A DNA stretch of 64,000 bases from Octopus sinensis. Lineage: Eukaryota. Position numbers and translations under genes: made by a program. Below are positions 41,501 to 53,900 of the stretch, piece by piece (positions within the stretch are counted from its first letter, which is position 1; every line of letters starts with the position of its first letter). The notes below the pieces were generated by a model. The model was not told the DNA's origin, made no database searches, and saw only the letters and a program-made list of their open reading frames with translations. Location of the stretch: positions 206,522,001-206,586,000 of the forward strand of contig NC_042997.1 in the NCBI RefSeq assembly GCF_006345805.1. Reading direction: 5' to 3'.

Positions 41501-43805
41501 AAAACTACTATAAAATAACCACCATAGGACTGCAAAAATATCTACTTCAGAATGAAGGAAAACTGATCCAGATAGCGGCAAAACACGAGCAAAACAAAAA
41601 ACTGTTCTCAGTATTTAAGGAAGCTGACAAATACAAACAAGAAATCATACCACCTAATAAACATGAAGAAGAAGAAGAAGATGAAAAAACAACAAAAGCT
41701 ATAAAACAAATGAAATCCAAACTAAAAATAGAACAGCAACGGATCATGATAAAACGATGGCAAGAAAAACCCCTTCATGGCAAATACTGGACTAAACTAA
41801 ATGCAAAAGAAATAGACAGAGAAAATTCCCAGCAATGGTTGAGAAGCTCAGGACTGAAAGCAGAGACTGAAGGATTTTTAATTGCAGCACAAGACCAAAG
41901 CCTCCCCACCAGAAATTACCAAAAACATGTAATGAAAAGAAATATAACAAGTAACTGCAGAATATGTGGAGATGGACAAGAAACAATAAATCATATTATC
42001 TCTGGCTGCCCAGTCCTGACTGAGAAGGAATATATTCACAGACATGACAGAGTTGGGACCTACATATACTGGAAGCTCTGCCAACACTATGGAATACCAA
42101 CAGAAAAAAGATGGTATAGGCACACACCAGAAAAGGTCACAGAAAACGAGAATGCAGCTATACTCTGGGATATGCCAAAACACACAGATAGAGAAATTAA
42201 GGCTAACAAGCCAGGTATAGTTGTCAGAGATCATGAAGAAAAAAAATGCTTTCTAATTGACGTATCAATACCAGCAGATGACAACGTGTCTCTAAAAGAA
42301 ATGGAGAAACTGTCAAAATATAAAAAGCTGGAAATAGAGGTAAATTGAATGTGGAATCTAAAAACAGTAACAATTCCTATCATAGTAGGCGCATTAGGCA
42401 TGATAAAAAAATATTCACACAATCACCATCATCATCATCATGTAACGTCCGCTTTCCATGCAAGCAAGGGTTGGACAATTTGACTGAGGTCTGGCGAACC
42501 AGACTCCAATCTGAACTGGCAGAATTTCTACAGCTGGATGCCCTTCCTAACACCAACCACTCCAAGAGTGTAATGAGTGCTTTTACGTGCCACCGGCATG
42601 AGGCCCAGTTTGGTGGTACTGGCAATGGCCATGCTCAAATGGTGCTTTTCATGTGCCACCTGCTCAGGAGCCAGTCCAGCAGCACTGGCAACAACCTCGC
42701 TCTAATGTTTTTTTTTTTCATGTGCCACCAGCACAAGTGCTAGTAAGGTGACGCAGGTAACGATCACAATCGAATGGTGCTTTTAACATGCAATCAGCAC
42801 GGAGGCCAGCTTGTTGCTCTGGCAACAATCTCACTCATATGGTGCTCTTAGCACTCCACTAGCACGGATGCCAGTCATCGAATTTGATTTCGATTTCACT
42901 TGCCTCAAAGGTCTTCGCAAGCAGAGTTTAGTGTCCAATGAAGGAAAGGCACGCATAAGTGGACTGGTTACACCCCTAGCATAGGCCACGAGGTTATGGT
43001 CTCACTTGCGCTTGCCAAGTCTTCTTAAGCACAGCATATTTTCAGAGGTCCCGGTCACTAGTCATTGCCTTGGTTACGCCCAATATTCGAAGGTCATGCT
43101 TCACAACCTCATCCCAGGTCTTCCTGGGTCTACCTCTTCCACAGGTTCCCTCAACTGCTGGGGTGTGACACTTTGTCACCAGCAGAGGTAAGAGCTCTCT
43201 GAACTTAGCCCAGGCTATTCTTATTCTAGCAGCTACCCTTTCAGCACACCCTCCTCCACTACTGACTTGGTCACCTAGGTAACGGAAGCTATCAACTACT
43301 TCTAGTTTTTCTCTCTGGAATGTGGCAGAAGTTGTTCTCTGCACAATTTCAATGTTATTTATAGCTCCTGAGTATCTGCCACATACAAAAGCTATCCTCC
43401 CAGTTAGCCTTCCTTCGATATTGCTGCACCTCTTGTGTCCATAGCTTACACTAGGTACATCTTATAGAGTTTCTACCTACGCCTGTTCTATAGATCGAGC
43501 AGGGCCATCTACTTGAAGGGATTTGTAGTTTGCCTGCCTTCCTACTTATTAGGAGTTTGGTTTTAGCTAGGTTGACTCTAAGGCCCTTCGATTCTAATCC
43601 TTCGATTCTAATCAGATTCTATTCATACAAATGCACAACAAAAACACCAGAACTTGCAAACACATATAACGTACAGTAAATTGCACTACTGCGCATCATA
43701 CATACATCATACGTAAAGACCATCAAACCAAACCACAGCACATACCCAAGGCACACAGAGCTGCGCTCGGTAGTGAAGTGAAAGCACGTTATAAAAATAA
43801 AACTA

Positions 43806-43851
<46 letters not shown>

Positions 43852-43866
43852 GTAGTAATAGTAATG

Positions 43867-43915
<49 letters not shown>

Positions 43916-46495
43916 TAATAATAATAATAATAATAATAATGATAATAATAATAATAATAATAACAATAATATTAGTAATAATAATCAGTGATGTTTAATA
44001 GAGAAGACACCATAACATTCAATATCAAGAAGCAAATTGTTTACCTTTTGAATGAACTCCTTCATTTACTGGTTTATTTAGGAGATATTCATCAAATTTC
44101 TGTAAAAATCAAAACCATGATTATCATTTTTGTTTAATTTTTTGCTTTTTTTAAAGAGAAGAGATTTAATTTAACAAAAGACAAACAAAATATTTGAAAT
44201 ATTTAATGATTTCTTTCTAATCAGTAATAAGGAAATGAGGAAAATTACTTTGTCACTCAGATCAAAGATATTCCATCCACGACCTTCCAGTCTACTGGGA
44301 GACATGGTATTGCAGTGGATGCGGCAGAAAAACCTTCCACTGTGACCACTGATGTGGTGTTAGTGAAGTTAAACATGTGGCAATGGTGTCTTAATGTAGC
44401 TGAAGTTGTATTGTTTCTTCTTTCCACTCACCATTCTCATTAAAACTGCTGAGTCTTGTGTTTGCTGTTGAAATGTCTATCAAGAATGTTGAAGTTGAGG
44501 TTCTTTGGTGCATCTTGTGTAGCCAAGAATATTTGAGCAACAAAAGCAGAGTACAAGGTAATTATTTTCATATTGTAAGCAAGAAGAAGGAGAAGGAGGA
44601 GGTCCAACAATTAGGATCATGGTCATTCATAAGAGAGATGACAAAGGAAAAGAGAAAAGATTCAAAAAGAAAGAACTTCACAAACAGTTCTACAGTGGAC
44701 AGGAATTTCCCCTATTTCTTCATTACAGCATATGGACATAAAGAATGCCTTTTGGTATTAACACTGCTTCTGTTGCTATTAATTATCTTTAATAAGCCTT
44801 CAGGCTATTTGTGACATCACTGTCTATATATCGTTGACAGGGAGATTTGGCTGTTATGCTGCTACAGGGCGTCTGTCACTGATGAAACTGAGTAGAGCGA
44901 AAATACATGATCTGGCAGTTCTGGTGCCTGTAGCAGATGATTGTTGTCTACCAACAATATAAATTTGCATGCTTTTATGGACCGTGCATCCATATGAGAG
45001 GTCCTCTCAAGGTAAAAAAGGCAGTATTTGATGTTCTAACACAACATCCACATTTAGTTGGATATAAAGATTGCCTCTTGGTATTAATACTGCTTCTGTT
45101 GCTATTACTTTTAATTATCTTGATATAGGTTCAGTGATGCAAAAGACATCAAACAAAAAGCAAAGAAGGCTTGCATGAATAACATGGAAGACAACTGGAA
45201 GGGTAAACTCCTGCATGGAAAATACCCTAACTACCTGTCCAAGCCAGACATTGATCAAAATCTAACACGCCAATGGCTGCAAGGGACAGGTCTGAAAGGG
45301 GGAAACAGAAGGTTTTGCTATTGCAGAGCAAGATCAGAGCTTACCTACCAAGCAAATGTCCTTAAAGATGGATCTGACCCCTTGTGCAGAATTTGGAGGA
45401 AAATTCACAGAGACAATTGATCATGCTGTTTCTGGCTGCTCAGTCCTCGGTGAAAAGGAGAACCCAATAAGACATGACAAACTAGGTCAGTACATGCACC
45501 GGAATGCTTCTAAAATACCTACAAAATTAAATCCCATGATAAGTTGTACAAGCACCATCCAGAGGATGTAGTAAATGGCAAAGGCATCACCATTCTCTGG
45601 AACTTCCCAATACAAACAGACAGAAAAATTGACTCCAGTCGACCAGACATTGTGATCTAGGACAACAACAGAGGAACTTGTCTGTTAATAGATATGTCTG
45701 TCCCACAAGATCAAAATGTCTCAAGAAGAGAATACGAAAAGCTTTCTCGCTATGAAGGTCTGCAAATTGAAATCACAGAAATGTGGAAGCTTAGCCCTAC
45801 GATAATACCAGTAGTATTTGGTGCCTTGGGAATGATAAAGAAGGGAGCTAAGAAATATATTAAGCAACTCTGGTAAGATCAATCTCCTTGAACTATAGAA
45901 GATAACCTTGATGGGTACAGCCCTTATACAACAGAAAGCACTTTCTGTCAAAAATGGAATATATGTGGTGATAAGTTTAGTATGCCTAACAAAACAAAAG
46001 TGCCCTTACTAATCTTGGCCTCAGGAGGATGCCTGGCACTATGACAGTTTAAATAAAGTTATCATGAAAGGAAACTATAAGCAACAACAACGGCATCAGC
46101 AACAGCAGCAACACCACCACCGACAACAACAACAACAAAAGGTGGATCATAGATATAGCATGCCCACCTGACAACAAGGTATGCGATAAGGAAGAAAGAA
46201 AAGTCGAGAGATATGACAGGTTAGCTTGGGAAGTTAAGCAGTTGTGCTTGATGAAAAAGGTAGCAGTAGTACCAATAATTGTCAGAGCCCAGGGAACAGT
46301 GAGCAAAAATCTTGTGAGGTATGTAGAACAAATAGGGGCTGCAATAAGAGTGGAGCACTTGCAGAAAGTAGCAGTGCTTGGAGACACCTTAATACTCTGG
46401 AAGGTGCTCAAAAAATAAGATGTGTTACCTTAGTTCACTGGTAGTGAACAGCTGACACTGTAATACATCTCTAGCGTTAGAAGCTGTGCAAAGGC

Positions 46496-46527
<32 letters not shown>

Positions 46528-47872
46528 TAGTTATGAAGTAGATAGAAGAGACGGGCTATAAGTACTTGGGGATTTTGGAAATGGATAAATTGATGGAGAA
46601 AGAAATGACAGAAACATTTAAGGAGGAGTACTTGCACAGACTGAGTCTGATCCTTAAGTCGAAATTAATCGAATGGAATAAGATTGAAGCTATCAATATC
46701 TGGAAAGTTTCACTCCTTAGATATAGAGCAGGAGTAATTTGGGCAGTAGATGAACTAAACAGCTTAGGCAGAAAGACAAGGAAGTTGCTAACTAGATATG
46801 GGATATTCAACCTGAAAAGTGACACAGATAGACTGTATGTAGCAAGAAAAAGAGGGGGAAGAGGACTTATTGGATGCGAGCACAGCATTAGAGCAGAAGA
46901 AAACAACATAGCATGGTATGTGAAAAATGCAACAGAATCACTATTATTAGAAGTAAGAAGGTCAGGCTTGTGTAGGATGAAAGACTGCAAAGATAAACCA
47001 TATACAAGAAATTGAAAACGAATGAAACTGAAAATAGGTAAAGAAAAGAATGCATGGTCAATTTCATAGGGATGCTGAAGATAAGACAGAGATAGAAAAA
47101 AATGGTCGTGGATGATTACAAGTAATTTAAAACCGGAAACGGAGGCTCTAATCTGTGCTGCTCAAGAGCAAGCACTAAGGACAAACTACATAAAATACAG
47201 AATAGACAACACATCAGAAAGTGATAAGTGCAAAATTAGTGGACAAAATGGTGAAGCCATATGACATATTACCAGCAAATGTACACCACCAGCCCAGAAG
47301 AAATATATGAGACACCATGACAATATAGCCAGGCTTGTCCATTGGACACTTTGCAACAAGTATGGACTTGACAGAGCAAAAAATTTGTATGATCACAAAC
47401 CTGAAAGCATCATCAAAAATGATAATGCAAAGATCCTGTGGGATTTTATGATTCAGTGCAACCATGAGACAGAGAATAGGAAGCCAGACATAGTCTTAAT
47501 TGAGAAAGAAAGCAAACTATGCTGGATCATAGATATAGCATGCCCAGCTGACAAGGTATGTGATAAGGAAGAAAGAAAAGTCGAGAGGTATGACAGGTTA
47601 GCTTGGGAAGTTAAGCAGTTGTGCTTGATGAAAAAGGTAGCAGTAATACCAATAATTGATGGAGCCCTGGGAAGAGTAAGTAAAAATCTTGAGAAGTACA
47701 TGGAACAAATAGGAGCTGCAATAAGGGTGGAACACTTGCAGAAAATAGCACTGCTTGGAACCCCTTGAATACTCCTGATGGTACTCAAAAGACAAGGGGT
47801 GTTACCTTAGTTCACTGGTAGTGAACAGTTGATATTGTAGTATGTCTCCAGCGTTTGAAGCTGTGCAAAGCC

Positions 47873-47927
<55 letters not shown>

Positions 47928-50900
47928 TTAATAATAATAATAACAACAACAACAACAACAATAATATTAATAAGTATTAACTGCAAGCATAAATAAACTG
48001 TATATGGAAAGAAAGAATGGTGGCAGAGGTCTAATTAGTATAGACTATTGTATAAGGAGTGAAAGGAGAACGCTTGCTGAATATTCGATAAATAGTGATG
48101 AAGATCTTCTGCAATATACTGGGACAATTGATAATTTTAAATGCTATGGGTAGAACGATGGGAGGGTACTGATAATCACAGTGATTATGGAGGCAATACA
48201 ATGCAAGCACATTATTTATATATATATGTGTATATACATACATGTGTACGTGTATATACAAATAGAGGAAGAGAGAGATGGGATCCCAATAACAACTCAC
48301 ATAGGTAACCCATGAATGACTCATGAAATCATGATGCAACACATCAAAGAAAGAATTAAAAGTGAGAATGAAGCTATAGCCAATTATGGTGAAGGTTTCC
48401 CGCCCGGCATGTGTGAAACCACTAGCATCAAGGGCAGTGATCTGGCCTCGGATGATCACAACAGATCATATACACGGTGTGCATGAAAACAGACATAAGT
48501 GGACGAAGGAAGAATATTTTACACTTATTGAATGTCATGAAAGAGCAAAGCTGCAAAGAAGACACAGAGTAGGGTGATGGACCTTGAAATTTTGGATGGA
48601 AAAGGACATGCGTCCAAAGTCAGAAAATAAACTAATGAAACCCGTGAGAGTAATTAGGAGGAAGAGTTACTTAACTGGAGTAAAAATATCTCAGATAAGT
48701 GAGAGTTTGAGAGACCCAGCAGATAGGCTTCAAAGGATGGTCAGAGTTGAAAGATGTAGGAATTGAAATCAGAGAGAAGAGTAGACAGGAGGAACAGGAG
48801 AATGGTGATGGAGCTGTTAAGGATGAGGAATGGGAATGTTGTAGAGTAAACCCTGACGCTGTGGTGGGTGCACACGCAGGGGAAATGAACCAACTAGATA
48901 ATGAATTGCTTGAAATTCAAAGACGACTCACCAACCTGATCAATGCTCCAGAAGAAAACATTCCCATGAACATGAGAAAGGTAGATGGAAGAATGATAAA
49001 TAAAGTAACACAAAAGGTAAATACTGTCATACTGTACATCAAGACAGAGGACGTGACGCAAACTAGGAATCTTCTCCGAGCTATTGCACTACTTGTTGAG
49101 GAGAAATTACAACTTAAGAGAACAAAAAATGGTGGAGCGAAAGAACAATGGTGGAAACGACACATTGAAAGGGACATAATGCGGACAAGGCAAGATCTAG
49201 GAAAAATTGAGCTATGGTTAAGAGGAAACTGGAAAAATGGGAAAAAAACCGACTGAGAAAAATTAAAGAAGAAATATGAAATACGGAAGAATGGGTTTGA
49301 TAATAGAATAATTAAAACAGAGGATCATGGCAAAAAGCCAAAAGATCAACAGATTTGTGAACAGAAATAAGCAGTTTGAGGAGAACAGATTGTTCAAAAA
49401 TAATCTGAAGCAATTCTTCCAAACATCAGAAAGAGGCAATGGAGAAAATGTGGCTCCTGATGCAAACCAAACCAAGGAGTTCTGGAGCAGATTATGGGGG
49501 AACAATGTGATGCATAAAAGGATGAAATGAGGATAGGAACTATCAAGAAAGAATTACAAGGAAGAAAGAAACAAAGGAATATTGTCATAAGCATGGGTGG
49601 TGTGGAAGAACAAGTGGGTAAAGTGCCTAACTGGAAAGCCCCCAGACTAGATGGGATTCATGGCTTCTGGCTGAAAAGATGCCATGTGGTGCATGAAAGA
49701 CTAATAGCCAAATTGAATGAGTGTGTCCAGAAAGGTATAGTTCCCATGGAGATGGTGACTGGGAGGAGAACACTTGTAACAAAAGAGAGAAGAAAGGGGA
49801 ATATTGTAGGGAAAGTACCATCCCTTAGCATGCCTAAACATAATCTGGAAGATACTCACTGGAATGTGTGTGGCAAAGACATACACTTTCCTAGCACAGG
49901 AAGAAATACTACCAAGGGAACAAAAAGGATGTAAGAAGAGTTCTCAGGGTACCAAGGATCACCTGGTCATCGATAAAACAGTTCTGAGGCATTGTAAAAA
50001 ACAGCATACAAACATGTCTGTGGCTTGGATTGACTTTAAGAAGGCATATGATATGATGCCTCGTTCTTGGATCGTTGAATGCCTGCAGATGTTTGGCGTT
50101 GCTGACAACATCACAAATTTTCTGATGCATAGCATGAAAGAGTGGGAAACCAAATTGTAGTCAAGTAATGTATTCCTTGGAGAAGTTAATATTAAAAGGG
50201 GAAACTTCCAAGGCGTTACTTTCTGTAATTGCACTCATTCCCATAACAATGACACTTAGGAATGTTAAGATGGGTTACCAATGTGGGAAGAAAGGCCCAT
50301 CATTGAACCATCTTCTGTTTATGGATGACCTGAAATTGTTTGGGAAATCTGAAAAACAGATAGATTTCTTAACCAAAACAGTCCAGAAGTGTGGTAGAAA
50401 CATCGGTATGGTATTTGAGATTACCAAATGCTCAGTACTTAATATGAAAAGTGGGAAGAAAGCAGCCGGCAGAGGATTGCAGTTACCATTAGGAGAGACC
50501 ATGGGTGAACCCGATGGTGGTAATGGGTATAGATATTTAGGGACTTTGGAGCTGGATGACATTCTACACAGAGAAATGAAAGTCAAGGTCAGTGAGGCGT
50601 ATCAAAAAAGGGTGAAGATGGTGTTGAAATCCAATCTGAATGCCAAAATTTTGATTACTACAATGAATATCTGAGCAGTTGTGGTGGTCAGATATAGTGT
50701 GTCCATCCTCAAATGGACTAAGGAGGAAATATCAACACTGGATAGAAGGGCGAGAAAGCTGAGGACGCTGCATGGGGCGCTACAACCTAAAGCAAATGTA
50801 AACAGACTGTACATGAAAACGAAGAATGGTGGCAGAGGACTAATTAGTATAGACTATTGTATAAGGAGTGAAAGGAGAATGATTGCTGAGTATTTGATGA

Positions 50901-53900
50901 ATTGTAATGAAGACCTGCAGCAATATGCCGCGAAAGATATGGAGGTAAATGCAGCTGAAATGATGGGCAAGGAAGAGTTTAACCAAAGAGCCGAGGAGAA
51001 TAGAAAAGAAGACCTTCTTGAAATGAGAATGCATGGACAGTTTGAAAGGAATACACAAGACTTTAAGGATTATACAGCATCGTAAGTATGGCTTGAGCGA
51101 GGTGATTTGAAGTATACCAATGAAAACCTGATCTTGCTGCACAAGACCAGGCCTTGTTACCAATTTAGTTAAGTATAACATCTATAAAACTTCTGACACT
51201 CAGAAATGCAGACTCTATGGAAAGAGTATGGAAAATGTGACTGACTTGGTGAAGTGGCTGAGAGAGCCTTGCACAAAAAGAATACAAGCACCGTTACGAT
51301 AAAGTGAGTGAGTATCTTCATTGGCCCTTATGCCATAAATACCAATATGAAGTAACAAAGAACTGGTATGAGTTGTACCAAAAAAAGTTATGCAGGAGGA
51401 TGGAAAAGTAACGATACTCTGGGACTATGATTTTCAGACGGATCGTGTAATTGAACACCGTCGGCCGGATATTGTCATATTGAATAAAAGAGAGAAATAC
51501 TGTCAGATCATTGATGTAGCCATACCAAATGACATGGATGTTGTGAGAGAAGAGGTTGAAAAAATTACCAAGTACTCCAAATTGAAAGGGGAAATGGTAA
51601 GACTGTATGGAATGCGAGAGGGTAATGTAAAAGCGATACCAGTGGTGATCGGAGCGTTGGGCTCAATCCCATTGAAACTTCAAGACTTCTTTAGGCAACA
51701 GGAAATCCCATGCAAGATTGATGTCTTGCAAAAAAGCAGCCTTAATGGGCACAGCGCACATCTTAAGGAAAGTATTATCTGTCTGAGGTCCTTGTTGTGA
51801 CTTGACAGATGAGTAAATATTCCAGTGTAGTTTACCTACACTGTGTTATGAAGGTAAAATATGAATAATAATAATAATGGTAATACAGTGCCACAATGCA
51901 ATACCAAGCAGTGGCTCTCATGGCTTATGATCTTAACTGATTGGAAGTGTTATCATGTACATTGTTTTGTCCTGGTATAAAAGATGGGCTACAGCAAATA
52001 TTCTGCTCAATACCACAGTTGTTTGACCTTAACCAGTTGAGCATGTCTCTTAGTGGCTGATGATATATGCATCTCTGATCATGAGCAGAAGTATGGGGAA
52101 GCATTATAGCCATGTGTTGAGAGGGATTCTTTGGAGTTTGAATAAGTCAGATCATTGATGTAGCCATACCAAATGACATGAATGTTGTGAGAGAAGAGGT
52201 TGAAAAAATGACCAAGTACTCCAAAATGAAAGGGGAAATTGTAAGACTGTATGGAATGCAAGAAGATAATGTGAAAGTGATATAATGTAAAAGGGACATT
52301 CTAACATTCTGGGACAGATCCTTCTCATTGATGTCCAGAGTCTCCTCAAGAACGTTGTACTTATCTGCCAGTAATCCTCTATATAATGCTAGAGTGGAAC
52401 TTCCACTGTCCACATTGCCCAACTGACAGAGGCCTATGGGAACCTGAAGATACTCTAGGTGGCAGGTACCCTGCCTTGGTCTATGCTTAATCCAGGACAC
52501 AGTTTGAACAAGCTGTTGAAAAACCTGTCTGACAAATGGTAACCACATCTGCTCACTGTCTACAAAGCTTTTTGTTGTATTCCCCGTGTTGTTGTTGTTG
52601 TTGTATTCTGTGAGGCAGGTAATCATGACAGAGCAAATATAGGACACAATAAGTCAGTCAAAGAACAGGATGAGGCCATCAGACAAGCAGTCTACCTAGG
52701 ACTACATTACCCACTCTCTTCTGTATTCTTTCATTCTTATATTTTATTTATGCTTTTTTTATATTTCATCTTATAAGCTAAGTAACATTGTGACCATCCA
52801 TACATATAGGCATGTCCCTTACAAACATGACCCACCTCTCACACATAATTCTATTGTCTACCAAGCTCCCTCACAACCCAACTTTTCCCCCACCCCACTG
52901 TAGGCTCCTCCACTCTCTCTCGCCTATCTGCACACTGTCCATGTCCTCACATATCTACCACACCCCCAGCCATTCTAATGTCCTCTCACTATCTCTAAAC
53001 ATCTCCCCTCATACTCTTATTGGACATACCCCTCTATCCTCCCCTCTATATTACTGACAGAATCCCCATTGTTTCCTGTGGGAAGAAATATGGAAAGAAT
53101 TGTGGAAAGAGTTTCCAAAGCGTTCCACTTTGAAGAACAGAAATGAAAGAAAACCATCAGTGTTCTGGTGGTGCCATTAACACATTTTTGGTTGGTCAGT
53201 AACCAAAATGGAATTGTTGAAGGATGTTGTGGGTAGGTAGTGGTAGTGGTGGTAGTTGTAGAGGAGGAGGTAGCTACACTGAATCCATATCAAGTTACAA
53301 AGAATTAAATCATGGAATGGAAGAGTTGAAGAAAACCAAGCTAACCTAAAAGTATGGAAGACAGGGCCATGAGACACATCAAAGATTCCAACATTCCAAC
53401 TGAAGAATTCTAAGACACCAACAAATAAATTTACAAAACTGATTCCATATTTTTGTTTCTATTTTCTTTATTTATTGCAGAATATTTCCTTTGGTAACTT
53501 CCAAAAATGTAAGACAGAGTGTAAATGTATTGATTGAAAAGTTGGACAAGCATCAGATGTGGTGTGCAAGAGCGACAACTGTGCTGGTATGGTCATGTGA
53601 TGTGTATGGATGTGGACAGCTGTGTGAAGAAGTACCAATTTCTACCTGTGGATTGAAGCTGTGGAAATGGAAGATCCAGAAAGACAAGGGACAAGATGTG
53701 AAGCATAATCTTCAAACATTGGGCCTCACAGATGACTAGTGACCGAGACCTTTTGTGATATGCCATGCTTGAGAAGAGCCGTCAAGCCAAGCGAATTCAT
53801 AGTTGTAGACATTGTCAGTGTCACATAACTGACTAGCCCCTATGCTGGTGGCATGTAAAAAGCATCTTTCAAGCGTTGGGCCTCATAGAGGCAAACTGGC

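Noticed and set aside
38800-42418. Possible active or domesticated retrotransposon (346-aa and 418-aa ORFs)
   Set aside because: Several frameshifts and stops split the RT, the endonuclease PD motif reads PG, and the 3' end is interrupted.
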